Shown: positions 34,701 to 45,447 of the stretch, piece after piece
Layout: each line of letters begins with the position of its first letter
How positions within the stretch are numbered: position 1 is the stretch's first letter
Source: Macrostomum lignano
Lineage: Eukaryota
Assembly: GCA_002269645.1 (NCBI GenBank)
Contig: NIVC01004235.1
Coordinates: 1 to 53,899 of the forward strand
Direction of reading: 5' to 3'
DNA length: 53,899 nucleotides
Translations under genes and position numbers: made by a program
Notes under the pieces: generated by a model
What the model saw: the letters and a program-made list of their open reading frames with translations, nothing else
Told to the model about the DNA's origin: nothing
Database searches by the model: none

Positions 34701-37700
34701 GCCTGAAACTGAAGCTGATGCTGGATTGAATTCTTCATCTTCGGCCCAGCATCAGCGGCGGTCACTTGCTCTACTAGCCGTGGCGCATTCGGGCGGCGTT
34801 GTCTGCGTCAGCCTGGGCGCCGGCGGCGGCAGGTCATCCGGTGCAACCCTGACCAATCGGCTGCAATCGGCCGATAGTCACGTGACCAGACTGGCCGTGA
34901 CAAAAGATCGCCTAGCATTGGTAAACTCTGGGCAGCTGTTGATCCACTGTCTGACTACCGCGCTGAGACCCGAATCTGCCAGGGCGGCCATGAGTGCCAG
35001 GGCGGCCGCCAATGCCGCAGCTGCTGCCGCGGCGGCCGCTGATGCCGCAGCCTGGCCGGCGACTGAGCCCGTGACGGATCGGACAGACCGGACTGCTGCG
35101 ACAGCTACTGACTCCGGCGGAGACACTGGCAGGACCTATACGATTGTGTCTGGCAAGGCTGCTGCTGCTGGGGGCGGGGGTAAGAACGTGTCTTCACATT
35201 GTCAAACTTCTCAAGTTTTAAGCTTGTGAGTTATAAGTTAATAAGTTACCCTAGGCAAGCTAGTGACCTGAAATTTCATTATTCAGGTGCGAGTTGAGCC
35301 GAGATTAGCCTTGACATCTCAGCAATTCCCCCTATGAGCCTTGGCATCTCAGCAATTCCCCCCATGAGCCTTGGCATCTCAGCAATTCCCCCCATGAGCC
35401 TTGGCATCTCAGCAATTCCCCCCATGATCCTTGGCATCTCAGCAATTCCCCCCATGAGCCTTGGCATCTCAGCAATTCCCCCATGAGCCTTGACATCTCA
35501 GCAATTCCCCCCATGAGCCTTGGCATCTCAGCAATTCCCCCCATGAGCCTTGGCATCTCAGCAATTCCCCCCATGAGCCTTGGCATCTCAGCAATTCCCC
35601 CATGATCCTTGGCATCTCAGCAATTCCCCCATGAGCCTTGGCATCTCAGCAATTCCCCCATGAGCCTTGGCATCTCAGCGATTCCCCCATGAGCCTTGGC
35701 ATCTCAGCAATTCCCCCATGAGCCTTGACATCTCAGCAATTCCCCCATGAGCCTTGACATCTCAGCAATTCTCCCATGAGCCTTGGCATCTCAGCAATTC
35801 CCCCCATGAGCCTTGGCATCTCAGCAATTCCCCCATGAGCCTTGGCATCTCAGCAATTCCCCCCATGAGCCTTGGCATCTCAGCAATTCCCCCATGAGCC
35901 TTGACATCTCAGCAATTCCCCCATGAGCCTTGACATCTCAGCAATTCTCCCATGAGCCTTGGCATCTCAGCAATTCCCCCATGAGCCTTGGCATCTCAGC
36001 AATTCCCCCATGAGCCTTGGCATCTCAGCAATTCCCCAAGATCCTTGACATCTCAGCAATTCCCCATGAGCCTTGGCATCTCAGCAATTCCCCCATGAGC
36101 CTTGGCATCTCAGCAATTCCCCCAAGATCCTTGACATCTCAGCAATTCCCCCATGATCCTTGACATCTCAGCAATTCCCCCATGATCTTCGACATCTCAG
36201 CAATTCCCCCATGAGCCTTGGCATCTCAGCAATTCCCCCATGAGCCTTGACATCTCAGCAATTCCCCTCCCCCCCATGATCTTCGGCATCTCAGCAATTC
36301 CCCCATGAGTAGGCAAACTGATACATATGCATTTACTTCATTTCAGTGTCTCCAACAAAGTCTTCAAAGCAGCAATCGCAGCAGCAACAGCAGCAGCAGT
36401 TGCCGCAGCCCCAGCCGCTAAATCGCAAGAGGCTGCGAGCCATACTGCAGGAATTCGGACAGTTTCCTGGAAAATACCGCCTATTAATTTGGAAGACTCT
36501 GCTTCAACTGCCAGAGAACACCGCCGCTTTTAATGCGCTCTATAACAAAGGCATCCATCCCGCGTTTCTCACTCTGCAAGACCGATTCCCTCTGCGTAGC
36601 AACAAGCTGGGCAGGGTGTTGCAACGGTCTCTGAGCTGCGTAGCTTTCTGGAGTCCTCTGTTTGGCGAGGCCGACTATCTGCCTTTGCTAGCGTTTCCGT
36701 TCGTTAAACTGTTTCAAAATAGTCAACTGCACTCTATGGAAGTGCTCATGACTGTGCTCACTAACTGGTGCGGTCATTGGTTCGAATATTTTCCCAATCC
36801 GCCATTGAATATTCTGGCAATCATTGAGAATCTAATTGCCTATCACGATAAGGAGCTCTATGCTCACCTGTGCGCCAGGGGTGTCACCTCGGAGATTCTG
36901 GCTTGGCCGCTGTTGCAGACTCTGCTTACGGAAGTATTGACTAGAGAAGAATGGCTTTCCGTGTGGGACTGCCTGCTGTGCCATCCGCCAGGCTATCTGC
37001 TGTACTTTGTGGCCGGGTTTACTCTGCTGAGTAGGGGGCCGCTGCTGCGCGCTACTGAGGTTTGTTAATAAGTAGTATCTGTCGTGTGCTTGAGTGTGAA
37101 CCGTTTTCTTAATGCTTGTTCAGAGATTTCTGTTTTAACTGTGGGATTTTGGATACAAATTATGTAAATTCGGGATCTGCAATATGGCATTCCGGATCTG
37201 CAATATGGGAATCGAAATCTGCAATATGGGATTCGGGATCTGCAATAATTTGATTCGGGATCTGCAATATGGGATTCGGGATTTGCAATATGAGATTCAG
37301 CATTTGCAATAATTGGATTTGGGATCTACAATATGGGATTCGAGATCTAAAATAAGGCATTCGGGATCTGCAATATGGGATTCGGGATCTGCAATATGAG
37401 ATTCGGGATCTGCAATATGAGATTCGGGATCTGCAATATGAGATTCGGGATCTAAAATAAGGGATTGGGGATCTGCAATATGGGATTCGAGATCTAAAAT
37501 AAGGCATTCAGGATCTCCAAAATGGGATTCGGGATCTGCAATATAAGATTCGAGATCTGCAATATGAGATTCTGCATCTGCAATATGGGATTCTGGATCT
37601 GCAATATGAGATTCGGGATCCGCAATATGAGATTCTGGATCTGCAATATGAGATTCAGGATCTACAATATGAGATCCTGGATCTGCAATATGAGATTCGG

Positions 37701-40009
37701 GATCTGCAATATGAGATTCGGGATCCGCAATATGAGATTCTGGATCTGCAATATGAGATTCGGGATCTACAATATGAGATTCTGGATCTGCAATATGAGA
37801 TTCGGGATCCGCAATATGAGATTCGGGATCCGCAATATGAGATTCGGGATCTGCAATATGAGATTCTGGATCTGCAATATGAGATTCGGGATCTGCAATA
37901 TGAGATTCGGGATCTGCAATATGGGATTCGGGATCTGCAATATGGGATTCGGGATCTGCAATATGAGATTCGGGATCTGCAATATGAGATTCGGGATCTG
38001 CAATATGAGATTCTGGATCTACAATATGAGATTCTGGATCTGCAATTTGAGATTCGGGATCTACAATATGGGATTCGGGATCTGCAATTTGAGATTCGGG
38101 ATCTACAATATGAGATTCGGGATCTGCAATATGAGATCCGGGATCTGCAATATGAGATTCGGGATCTGCAATATGAGATTCGGGATCTGCAATTCGGGAT
38201 TCGCGATCTGCAATACGGGATCCGGGATCTACAATATGGGATCCAGGATTTAGAATATCTGATTCGGGATTTGGCAATAAAGAATCTTTGCATCTAGGAT
38301 TTAGCTATCTGATACAAGTTTTAGGTACAAGATTAGTGAGTACCTTTTGGATTTAATCAATAGTAATCGATATCAATGCGCACAGGTGCGCGAATTCGAG
38401 CTGTACTATCGCCAGCCCGGTTGCCTAGGCGCCAGGGATCTGGTGAAGCAGGCCCGCCAGCTCAGGACTCGAACTCCGGCTGAGATCTGTCCCTGTCGTC
38501 TGTTGCCCGCATTCGCACCGCTGGGCGGGCCGCAGTACCCGCTGTTCAATCGCTATCCGGTGTTTATTGTGGACTATCAGGTTGGTGGTGCTACTTGTAT
38601 AATTCCCATCTTGGCTTAAAATAAAAATTAAAGCAATAAACCTTGGGAATTCCCCTTTGCGATAAACCTTGGGAATTCCCCTTAGCAATAAACCTTGGGA
38701 ATTCCCCTTAGCGGTAAACCTTGTGAATTCCCCTTAGCGGTAAATCTTGGGAATTCCCCTTAGCAATAAACCTTGGGAATTCCCCTTAGCGGTAAACCTT
38801 GAGAATTCCCCTTAGCAATAAACCTTGGGAATTCCCCTTAGCGGTAAACCTTGGGAATTCCCCTTAGCAAGTACGAGCCTTAGGAATTCCCCTTAGCAAT
38901 AAACCTTGGGAATTACCCTTAGCGGTAAACCTTGGGAATTCCCCTTAGCAAGTACGAGCCTTAGGAATTCCCCTTAGCGATAAACCTTGTGAATTCCTCT
39001 TAAAAATGAACCTTTAAGAATTCCTATTAACAGCGGACCTTGGGAATTCCTCTTAAAATGAACGTTGGGGAATTCTGCTAACAGTGAACCTTCTGGAATT
39101 CCCCCTAACAATAAACCTTAAATATTTTTTTAGAAATCAAAATTAAAAACCATCTTAAAAGTTAAACTTTTAAAATGAGAAATATGTCGAAGTTTAAAAT
39201 AAAGCTTTCTAGAGTTCCAGCCTTTGTAAGGAATTCCCCGATTGGTTCCTAAAAAAATACCCCCTGAACTCATGCAGGTGCGCGAACGCGATCGACTCCG
39301 CGAAGAGGAGCGCCGCTACCTGGAGGAGCGCCGGGCCCTGGAAACAGCCCAGCGTCGTTCGGAGACTCAACGAGCTGAAGAGGCCGCCTGGTGCCGCCAA
39401 CAGGAGCTCCTGCTGGCTGCCGAGGAGCGTCGCCGAGCGATGCTCGCCCAGGAGGAGACGACTCTACGCGAGCAGCGACGCCAACTGGCAGCAGAGCAGC
39501 GTCGGGCCCGAGTTGACGAGTTGGCCGCTCTCACTGCTCAACGGCAACGACTGCGAGCGCTGCAGTCCCGACATCGTCAGGTTGAAGCTCAACGCTTAGG
39601 CGACCAGCTGGGCCGTCGGCAGCGACAGACGACCGCGGCTGATCTTGAAGATGACATCATAGACGACGAAGCTGACGGCCTTGACGATGACTACGATGAC
39701 AACGGCTCGCCGGGATTGATGCCGCAGTCTGGCGGCGCCAGCGCCGGCTTCGGCTTGGTCTCCGAGCTGGAAGGCGTCTGCCAGGACAATGGTCGCCTAG
39801 AAGCCGACGTTGGTCGCCTATTGGACCGGCTGCAGGCCGCTAGAGACCGGCTGAAAACCAGCGGTAGTGCCGCGGTCAGGAAGCAAAAATCCGGTCTTAA
39901 TGCTGGCACTGCCGCGTCCCTGCAAGCCGCTGTAGCGGCCGCCGCTGCTAACGCTGAAGGTCATGACGATGACGATGCGACTACCACGACCAGTCAATCT
40001 AGCTACTGA
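31770..40009 (+). CDS. TBC1D31: TBC1 domain family member 31 (WD40 + TBC + coiled coil), 5'-partial
   Basis: Exons 31770-31928, 32358-32818, 33541-33710, 34657-35179, 36347-37059, 38386-38580, 39278-40009; all GT-AG with consistent phases, ~983 codons. VAFDQSG..LLAADHLG, LNRKRL.AIL..FGQFPGKYRLLIWK.LLQLPEN, ADYLPLLAFPFVKLFQN, NWCGHWFEYFPNPPLNIL, FIVDYQ|VRERDR. The start-codon exon was not found. Confidence 0.88.
32130..32345 (+). mobile_element. tRNA-derived SINE copy in a TBC1D31 intron
   Basis: B-box GGGTTCGATTCCC, body CTTCAGTTCACCCAGCTGTAAAATGGGTGCCAGCATTAGCTG...TGTGGCGACCCCCAG, 3' TGTAATCAATTATTAT tail ending ~12 bp before the acceptor at 32357. 5' boundary uncertain. Confidence 0.7.
32945..33345. 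repeat. 24-bp minisatellite (CTCTTTGTTCTGGTGTTTTTCCGA), TBC1D31 intron
   Basis: Degenerate at the 5' side and homogeneous at the 3' side. Confidence 0.9.
33740..34600. repeat. 30-bp minisatellite (GTAGGTTCAGGTGATTTGGTTTCAGATTTT), TBC1D31 intron
   Basis: About 28 near-perfect units; 2-bp insertion near 34421. Confidence 0.96.
35300..36308. repeat. 29/30-bp minisatellite (GAGCCTTGGCATCTCAGCAATTCCCCCCAT), TBC1D31 intron
   Basis: About 34 units with variable C-run. Confidence 0.95.
37165..38280. repeat. 21-bp minisatellite (ATTCGGGATCTGCAATATGAG), TBC1D31 intron
   Basis: About 50 units. Confidence 0.95.
38638..39115. repeat. 26-bp minisatellite (AAACCTTGGGAATTCCCCTTAGCAAT), TBC1D31 last intron
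   Basis: About 14 clear units then decay; palindromic core GGGAATTCCC. Confidence 0.92.
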
Positions 40010-40067
40010 GGCGCTGAGCTTTGAGGGGTGATCCAATAAGTAGGAAAAATATTCAAGTGCGAATATG

Positions 40068-40472
40068 GATGGCAATATTGTCTATGACTTTGAGTGAAGA
40101 GTGAATGGCAATATTGTCTATGGCTTTGAGTGAAGAGTGAATGGCAATATTGTCTATGACTTTGAGTGAAGAGTGAATGGCAATATTGTCTATGGCTTTG
40201 AGTGGAGAGTGAATTGCAGTATTGTCTATGGCTTTGAGTGAAGACTGAATGGCAATATTGTTTATGGCTTTGAGTGGAGAGTGAATGGCAATATTGTCTA
40301 TGGCTTTGAGTGGAGAGTGAATGGCAATATTGTCTATGGCTTTGAGTGGAGAGTGAATGGCAATATTGTCTATGGCTTTGAGTGGAGAGTGAATGGCAAT
40401 ATTGTCTATGGCTTTGAGTGGAGACTGAATGGCAATATTGTCTATGGCTTTGAGTGAAGAGTGAATGGCAGT
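40068..40472. repeat. 36-bp minisatellite (GAGTGAATGGCAATATTGTCTATGGCTTTGAGTGGA)x~11
   Basis: Starts ~60 bp after the TBC1D31 stop; palindromic CAATATTG core. Confidence 0.95.
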
Positions 40473-41415
40473 ATAGAGTTCTCTTCATTGGATTTCAATA
40501 GCTATATTAACTAAATGTAGACATTTTCATTGTTTTAATTGTTTGTAAAGAATACAGTTAATTAAATAATGAATGGAATTTTATTGTCATTAATGTCAAC
40601 AGCCTCCGTTCCATTCTTTGCTTATTTTTAATGCCAATTATTTCTACTGTCTTGTTTGCTTTTTTGCGAATTTTCTTTTAGTGTGTAATTCATTAGAATA
40701 GATAGTATCCAGCCTACTAAGGACAAGTAGTATAATAAGGTATAAGAATAAAGTATCGTCAGCAGTACTCTATATAATATTAATAATATTAAATTCTCAC
40801 ACATTGCATTCCAAACGCTGCTGTGCATAGCGGGTTACAAATACATGTTTTTCAATTACAAACTTATGTGTCTGAGGTAGCTTCTCTATGTATGAAATTA
40901 GCATCACTGGGTGATTCAACAGTACATATTTAATAATATTTGTCTTTTAGAGCATTTAAAAGCCCTATTTCCAACATAATTTTATTGCAAAAGACTAAAC
41001 TTATTGCAGGTCTGCTTTTTTACAATTGATCGGCTGGTCCAACCTGTATGTACCGAATATGCTACTTAAATTTGTCGACGCACAAGTAGTAACATACGAA
41101 TATTTGCTGTGCGCTTTTTTATTTAATAAATCAATCGATTTTGTTTTATTATTGCTTTAATATGGCCTCCTGTTGTAAATTTCATATAAAATTAAAATAG
41201 GCTTGTCCCAACGCGATTAAACCCCCCATCCCACTACTCTCAGTGCTTTACTCTGCCCCAATCTAAGCAGATTATCCCCGATGTCCCACAACCTAGCCGC
41301 TCTAATTTATTAAGAAGAGTTAACTTCATTTGCTTTCAGAACCGCAACAGCATTGCTGCATGGAGTTGAGTTATCAAAGACAGACAGTTGTTCAGTCATA
41401 TTGACCGGCTAAACT

Positions 41416-43494
41416 ATGGCAGAATCTGCAGACGAATCGTCAGTCAGTGACAGCCTCGATGCAGGCCATGCCGCTAGTAAGAGAGCTGGTAAAGAAAAGC
41501 GCTCGCCCAAGCGCTACCACTGCCCGGACTGTCCACCGTTCAGCAACGCCTACGACAACGGATTCCGTCAGAAGAAGCAACTGGCCGCTCACCGAGCTGT
41601 GGTGCACAAAGCGTCAAGCCTGTGCCTGCCGTGTCCTCATCCTGGCTGTCATCGACTGTTCGTCTGCCAGTCGAAGCTGGCCCGGCATCAGCGTCGGCAC
41701 GCCGTTCGTCGGTGCCCCGACTGCGACGCTGAATTTGTCGGCTACAGCGCTCTGCGTCGGCATCGCGCTTTGGAGCATCCGGCAGAGATTGACTGTCCAC
41801 AGTGCGGCGTCCGTCTGGCTTGCAAAGCCCTGCTAAAAGGCCACTTGAACTCGGCGCATTGCTCTAATAGTTCCACTGAAGCTGGACCGTCAACTCCTCG
41901 GCATTCTTGTCCTTACGTTGGCTGCGGCAAAGCGTACACTCTAGCTAGAAATTTGCAGCAGCACATTCGATCGCGTCATCTTGGAGTCAGATTTCCTTGT
42001 CCAAGGCCAGGATGCAGTTATAGTCTGTGCACTCAGCAGAAACTGAAGCTGCATTTGACGCTGCACGATCAGGTGATTTCTAAACATCTTTTCAGAATAT
42101 TAGTCTCAGAGAGTATTGAGGTCGCCTTGGATGGACTGCCAAATCCATGTTTTTAATACATCGGTCACAACGGGTTTTTTGTCTATGGCCACAACGTGTT
42201 TGATGCACAACAACCTACGTGCGTCGTCCGGAATGTTCTGACAAGTTCTCACACAAAAAGAAATCGGCACATTTCTTCTATGATTTCTTTAAATTATTCA
42301 GATAATCTCTAAAATCTCTAATAAATGCTCTCCTTAGATTATTATAGATTAGGACAATGATTAAATTTTCACGAGTGGCGAGCCACTAGTCACTCAAATT
42401 AATCATTTTCTGTGACAAAACCACTTGTACCATTGTCTACCTCCAAAACCATAGACAATCTACCATTGTTTGTCTCCAGAACCATGGACACAAAATAACA
42501 TTGTCTGTCTCCAGAACCATAGACACAATCTACCATTGTCTGTCTCCAGAACCATAGACACAATCTACCATTGTCTGTCTCCAGAACCATAGACACAATC
42601 TATCATTGTCTGTCTCCAGAACCATAGACACAATCTACCATTGTCTGTCTCCAGAACCATAGACACAATCTACCATTGTCTGTCTCCAGAACCATAGACG
42701 CAATCTACATTGTCTGTCTCCAGAACCATAAACACAATATACCATTGTCTGTCTCCAGAACCATAGACACAATCTACCATTGTCTGTCTCCTGAACCATA
42801 GACACAATCTACCATTGTCTGTCTCCAGAACCATAGACACAATCTACCATTGTCTGTCTCCAGAACCATAGACACAATATACCATTGTCTGTCTCCAGAA
42901 CCATAGACACAATCTACCATTGTCTGTCTCCTGAACCATAGACACAATCTACCATTGTCTGTCTCCAGAACCATAGACACAATCTACCATTGTCTGTCTC
43001 CAGAACCATAGACACAATATACCATTGTCTGTCTCCAGAACCACAGACACAATCTACCATTGTCTGTCTCCAGAACCATAGACACAATCTAAAATTATTG
43101 CACACATGACTGCGCCTTTGACGTCACTAGCTTTGCAGTTAGCTCAGTCTATGGTACAAGTTCGGGTGTCTTCGAAGATTCAACGATGCATTTAACACAA
43201 TAAACGCACTGTGTCATGCAAAAATTTAAAGTATACGCTGACTTTTTTGTTCCGCAGGGCCGGGTAATGCCGCCGCCCCGGCAAGCTCGCAAGAAAAAGT
43301 CTCGCAAAGCTGAAACGCCCAGTAGAATTGGCCTACTGGCCAAAGAAGACAGTCGCGCTTCGAAGCGGAGGAAGCGCAATCAAATAAGTCGCGAACGTCA
43401 GCGACTAGATTCCAATGCTTCGTCAGTTGAGTCGGCGAATTCATCGGGCGCCGGGCACGAGAGTGACAACAGTCTGGTTAGGCTGGTGGTCTGA
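41416..43494 (+). CDS. C2H2 zinc-finger protein, TFIIIA-like with six fingers (~297 aa)
   Basis: Exon 41416-42072 (donor CAG|GTGATT) plus exon 43258-43494 (TTCCGCAG acceptor, in phase). Six C2H2 fingers ending LHDQ, then a basic tail (RKKKSRK, KRRKR). In-frame TAA two codons before the ATG. Confidence 0.8.
42470..43090. repeat. 35-bp minisatellite (CCATTGTCTGTCTCCAGAACCATAGACACAATCTA), zinc-finger gene intron
   Basis: About 17 units. Confidence 0.95.
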
Positions 43495-44519
43495 GGCTTG
43501 ACATTTCAATAACTGTTAGGACTATCGGCATTTTTAGTATGAAACTTCGTATTGCGTATTTTAAGACGCTTAAATATCAGGATATTAATGAATAAATGCA
43601 ATTGATGCAACTGCTTGAATTTGTACTCTAACAAAAGCTTTTATGATTCGGCTTCAATATTTATTTTATTTGATTGTCTTTAGTCCGTCTTGAATTTAGC
43701 TTTTCAGTAAGTAAGTATACTGGCTCCTACTGTAGAATGTTCAAGCCCTTTTAAGGTTGTATTTAAAACAAAAATTGAAGTAGCTTGTATTTTTCGCGTA
43801 TTATTGAGATAAGTCTAGTTTATTTTTTATAACATGGGTAAACATATAATGCAGTAAAAAGTACCTGTCGTACTCGTAAAAGACACTAAATATTGCTTAG
43901 ACATAATCATATCGGAATAAAGTTAAATCAGTATTTATCCAAAAATGTGCTTTGTCGAAGCTTTTGAAGGTCATTCTGAAGGACAACAGACTTTTTAAAA
44001 TCACGTTCTCAGAGGGTCCATGTGTTTGTTTCGCAATTTCTAGATTGACAAAAATTATGAATTTGCACAAAGTAGACAATTTAGAAATTTTAATTTCCTA
44101 CTCATTACTATTCGTACTTTAGCGCAAGTCAAAAAGTTTTTAGACACTCATCAAATCTCTACATCTGTTCATTTGGTTTAAGCAAAAAATTACACGCAAA
44201 AGAACTATGTGCAAAAAAGTCAGAACTAAAATTTCTTTATCGGCCCAATGGTAAACCATGTAAACAATTTACTTTGGATTAACCAGATTCAAAGGAGAGA
44301 TCCAAAATGAGGAAAATGGGCTGAGTTAATGCTGTAAAGATTAAGTCTTAGTAAAACTTTCGACCATAGACTAGACTAGAGGCAGCAGTTGTCTTGAGTG
44401 TAGCGTTCTGCCACCCTGGATTAAGTCAACTTCTGAGATCACACTGACTGCAAAAAGGCACTGTACACTTACATAAGTGTACATGTATGTTTACTTATGT
44501 AATCAGCAACAGCTTAACC

Positions 44520-44760
44520 CCCCCCACAACTCACGCTGCCACACGGGCCAAAACTTTCTTGCCATCGGGAAAGGAACTGAAAGAGGGGATGTTTCGCAAA
44601 GCGATCCGCACATTTAAACAGGCCGTCAGATGCTCTCCAGACATGAACCCCATCGAGCAAGTCTACGGGACCTTCGTAAAGCGAAGAATTCAGTAGGGAG
44701 CCCCGCAGAATGCTGAACAGTTTGCACAGGCGGTTCTGAATGCCTGGAAGTACCAGACAT
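44520..44760 (+). mobile_element. Tc1/mariner transposase C-terminal remnant
   Basis: CSPDMNPIEQVY...KRRIQ*GAPQNAEQFAQAVLNAW matches the SPDLNPIE..W..LK motif region of Tc1-family DDE transposases; interrupted by a stop. Confidence 0.7.
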
Positions 44761-45447
44761 CCTTAACTTAGCGTCCGTTGAAGGGGCTGGGGTTAGCTGT
44801 CGCTGAATATATATATACTAAAGGAAAACAAAATAAAGCAGACATATTATAGTTAATGGAGGGAATAAGGATTGCTTAAATTAGACTGTGACGTACGCAG
44901 GAAGGTTTGCCCATCATCATCAGACTTTCACTCCGTATGTCACAGACTTTATTTAAGCATCCACGAAAGTAAAAAAGCAATTTGCTCATCAAATAATCGT
45001 AAAATACAGTTAATTGTGTATGCAGTGCCAAGGTGGTTAATCAAACCTAGAGATTTCACGCTAATTAAGAAGTCATTGCTGGAAACTGACAATCTATGAT
45101 TCCACTGGATCTGATTGAAAGATGACCCGATATTTGCATCAAAGGAGAAGCGAACTTAAGCACTGACATAAAGCCTGAAGCTGAGCTCCGGACCAAAGCG
45201 AATGCGATCGGTAACTAGTCAGGCCAGTTGGCCAAGACATCCCGAGAATCCAGGTCCCCTTACGCTCGTACCTGGATTCTCGACCGATTGCAGTCGGTCT
45301 TGCCCAGAGCAGAACTTTTACGCTTTATTTTTCGCTGCTTAAGTTTACATCTCTTTTATCTAAAATTAGTTCATTTCCAGCAATGAGCAACCTGTTTATG
45401 AGATACTATATAGTTAAATTTTTTCTCAGCACCTGGCACAATCGGGT

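Noticed and set aside
38383-39286. Last two TBC1D31 exons both start CAG|GTGCGCGAA (intron gain by duplication?)
   Set aside because: Identity is only 12 nt and downstream sequences are unrelated; coincidence at a proto-splice site is sufficient.
6545-43090. CRISPR-like appearance of regularly spaced palindromic repeats
   Set aside because: Units are head-to-tail with no unique spacers, there are no cas genes, and the context is eukaryotic introns.
4606-43105. Many repetitive ORFs (e.g. [54 protein letters not shown])
   Set aside because: They are translations of non-coding tandem arrays lying in introns bounded by canonical splice sites or in UTR/intergenic DNA.
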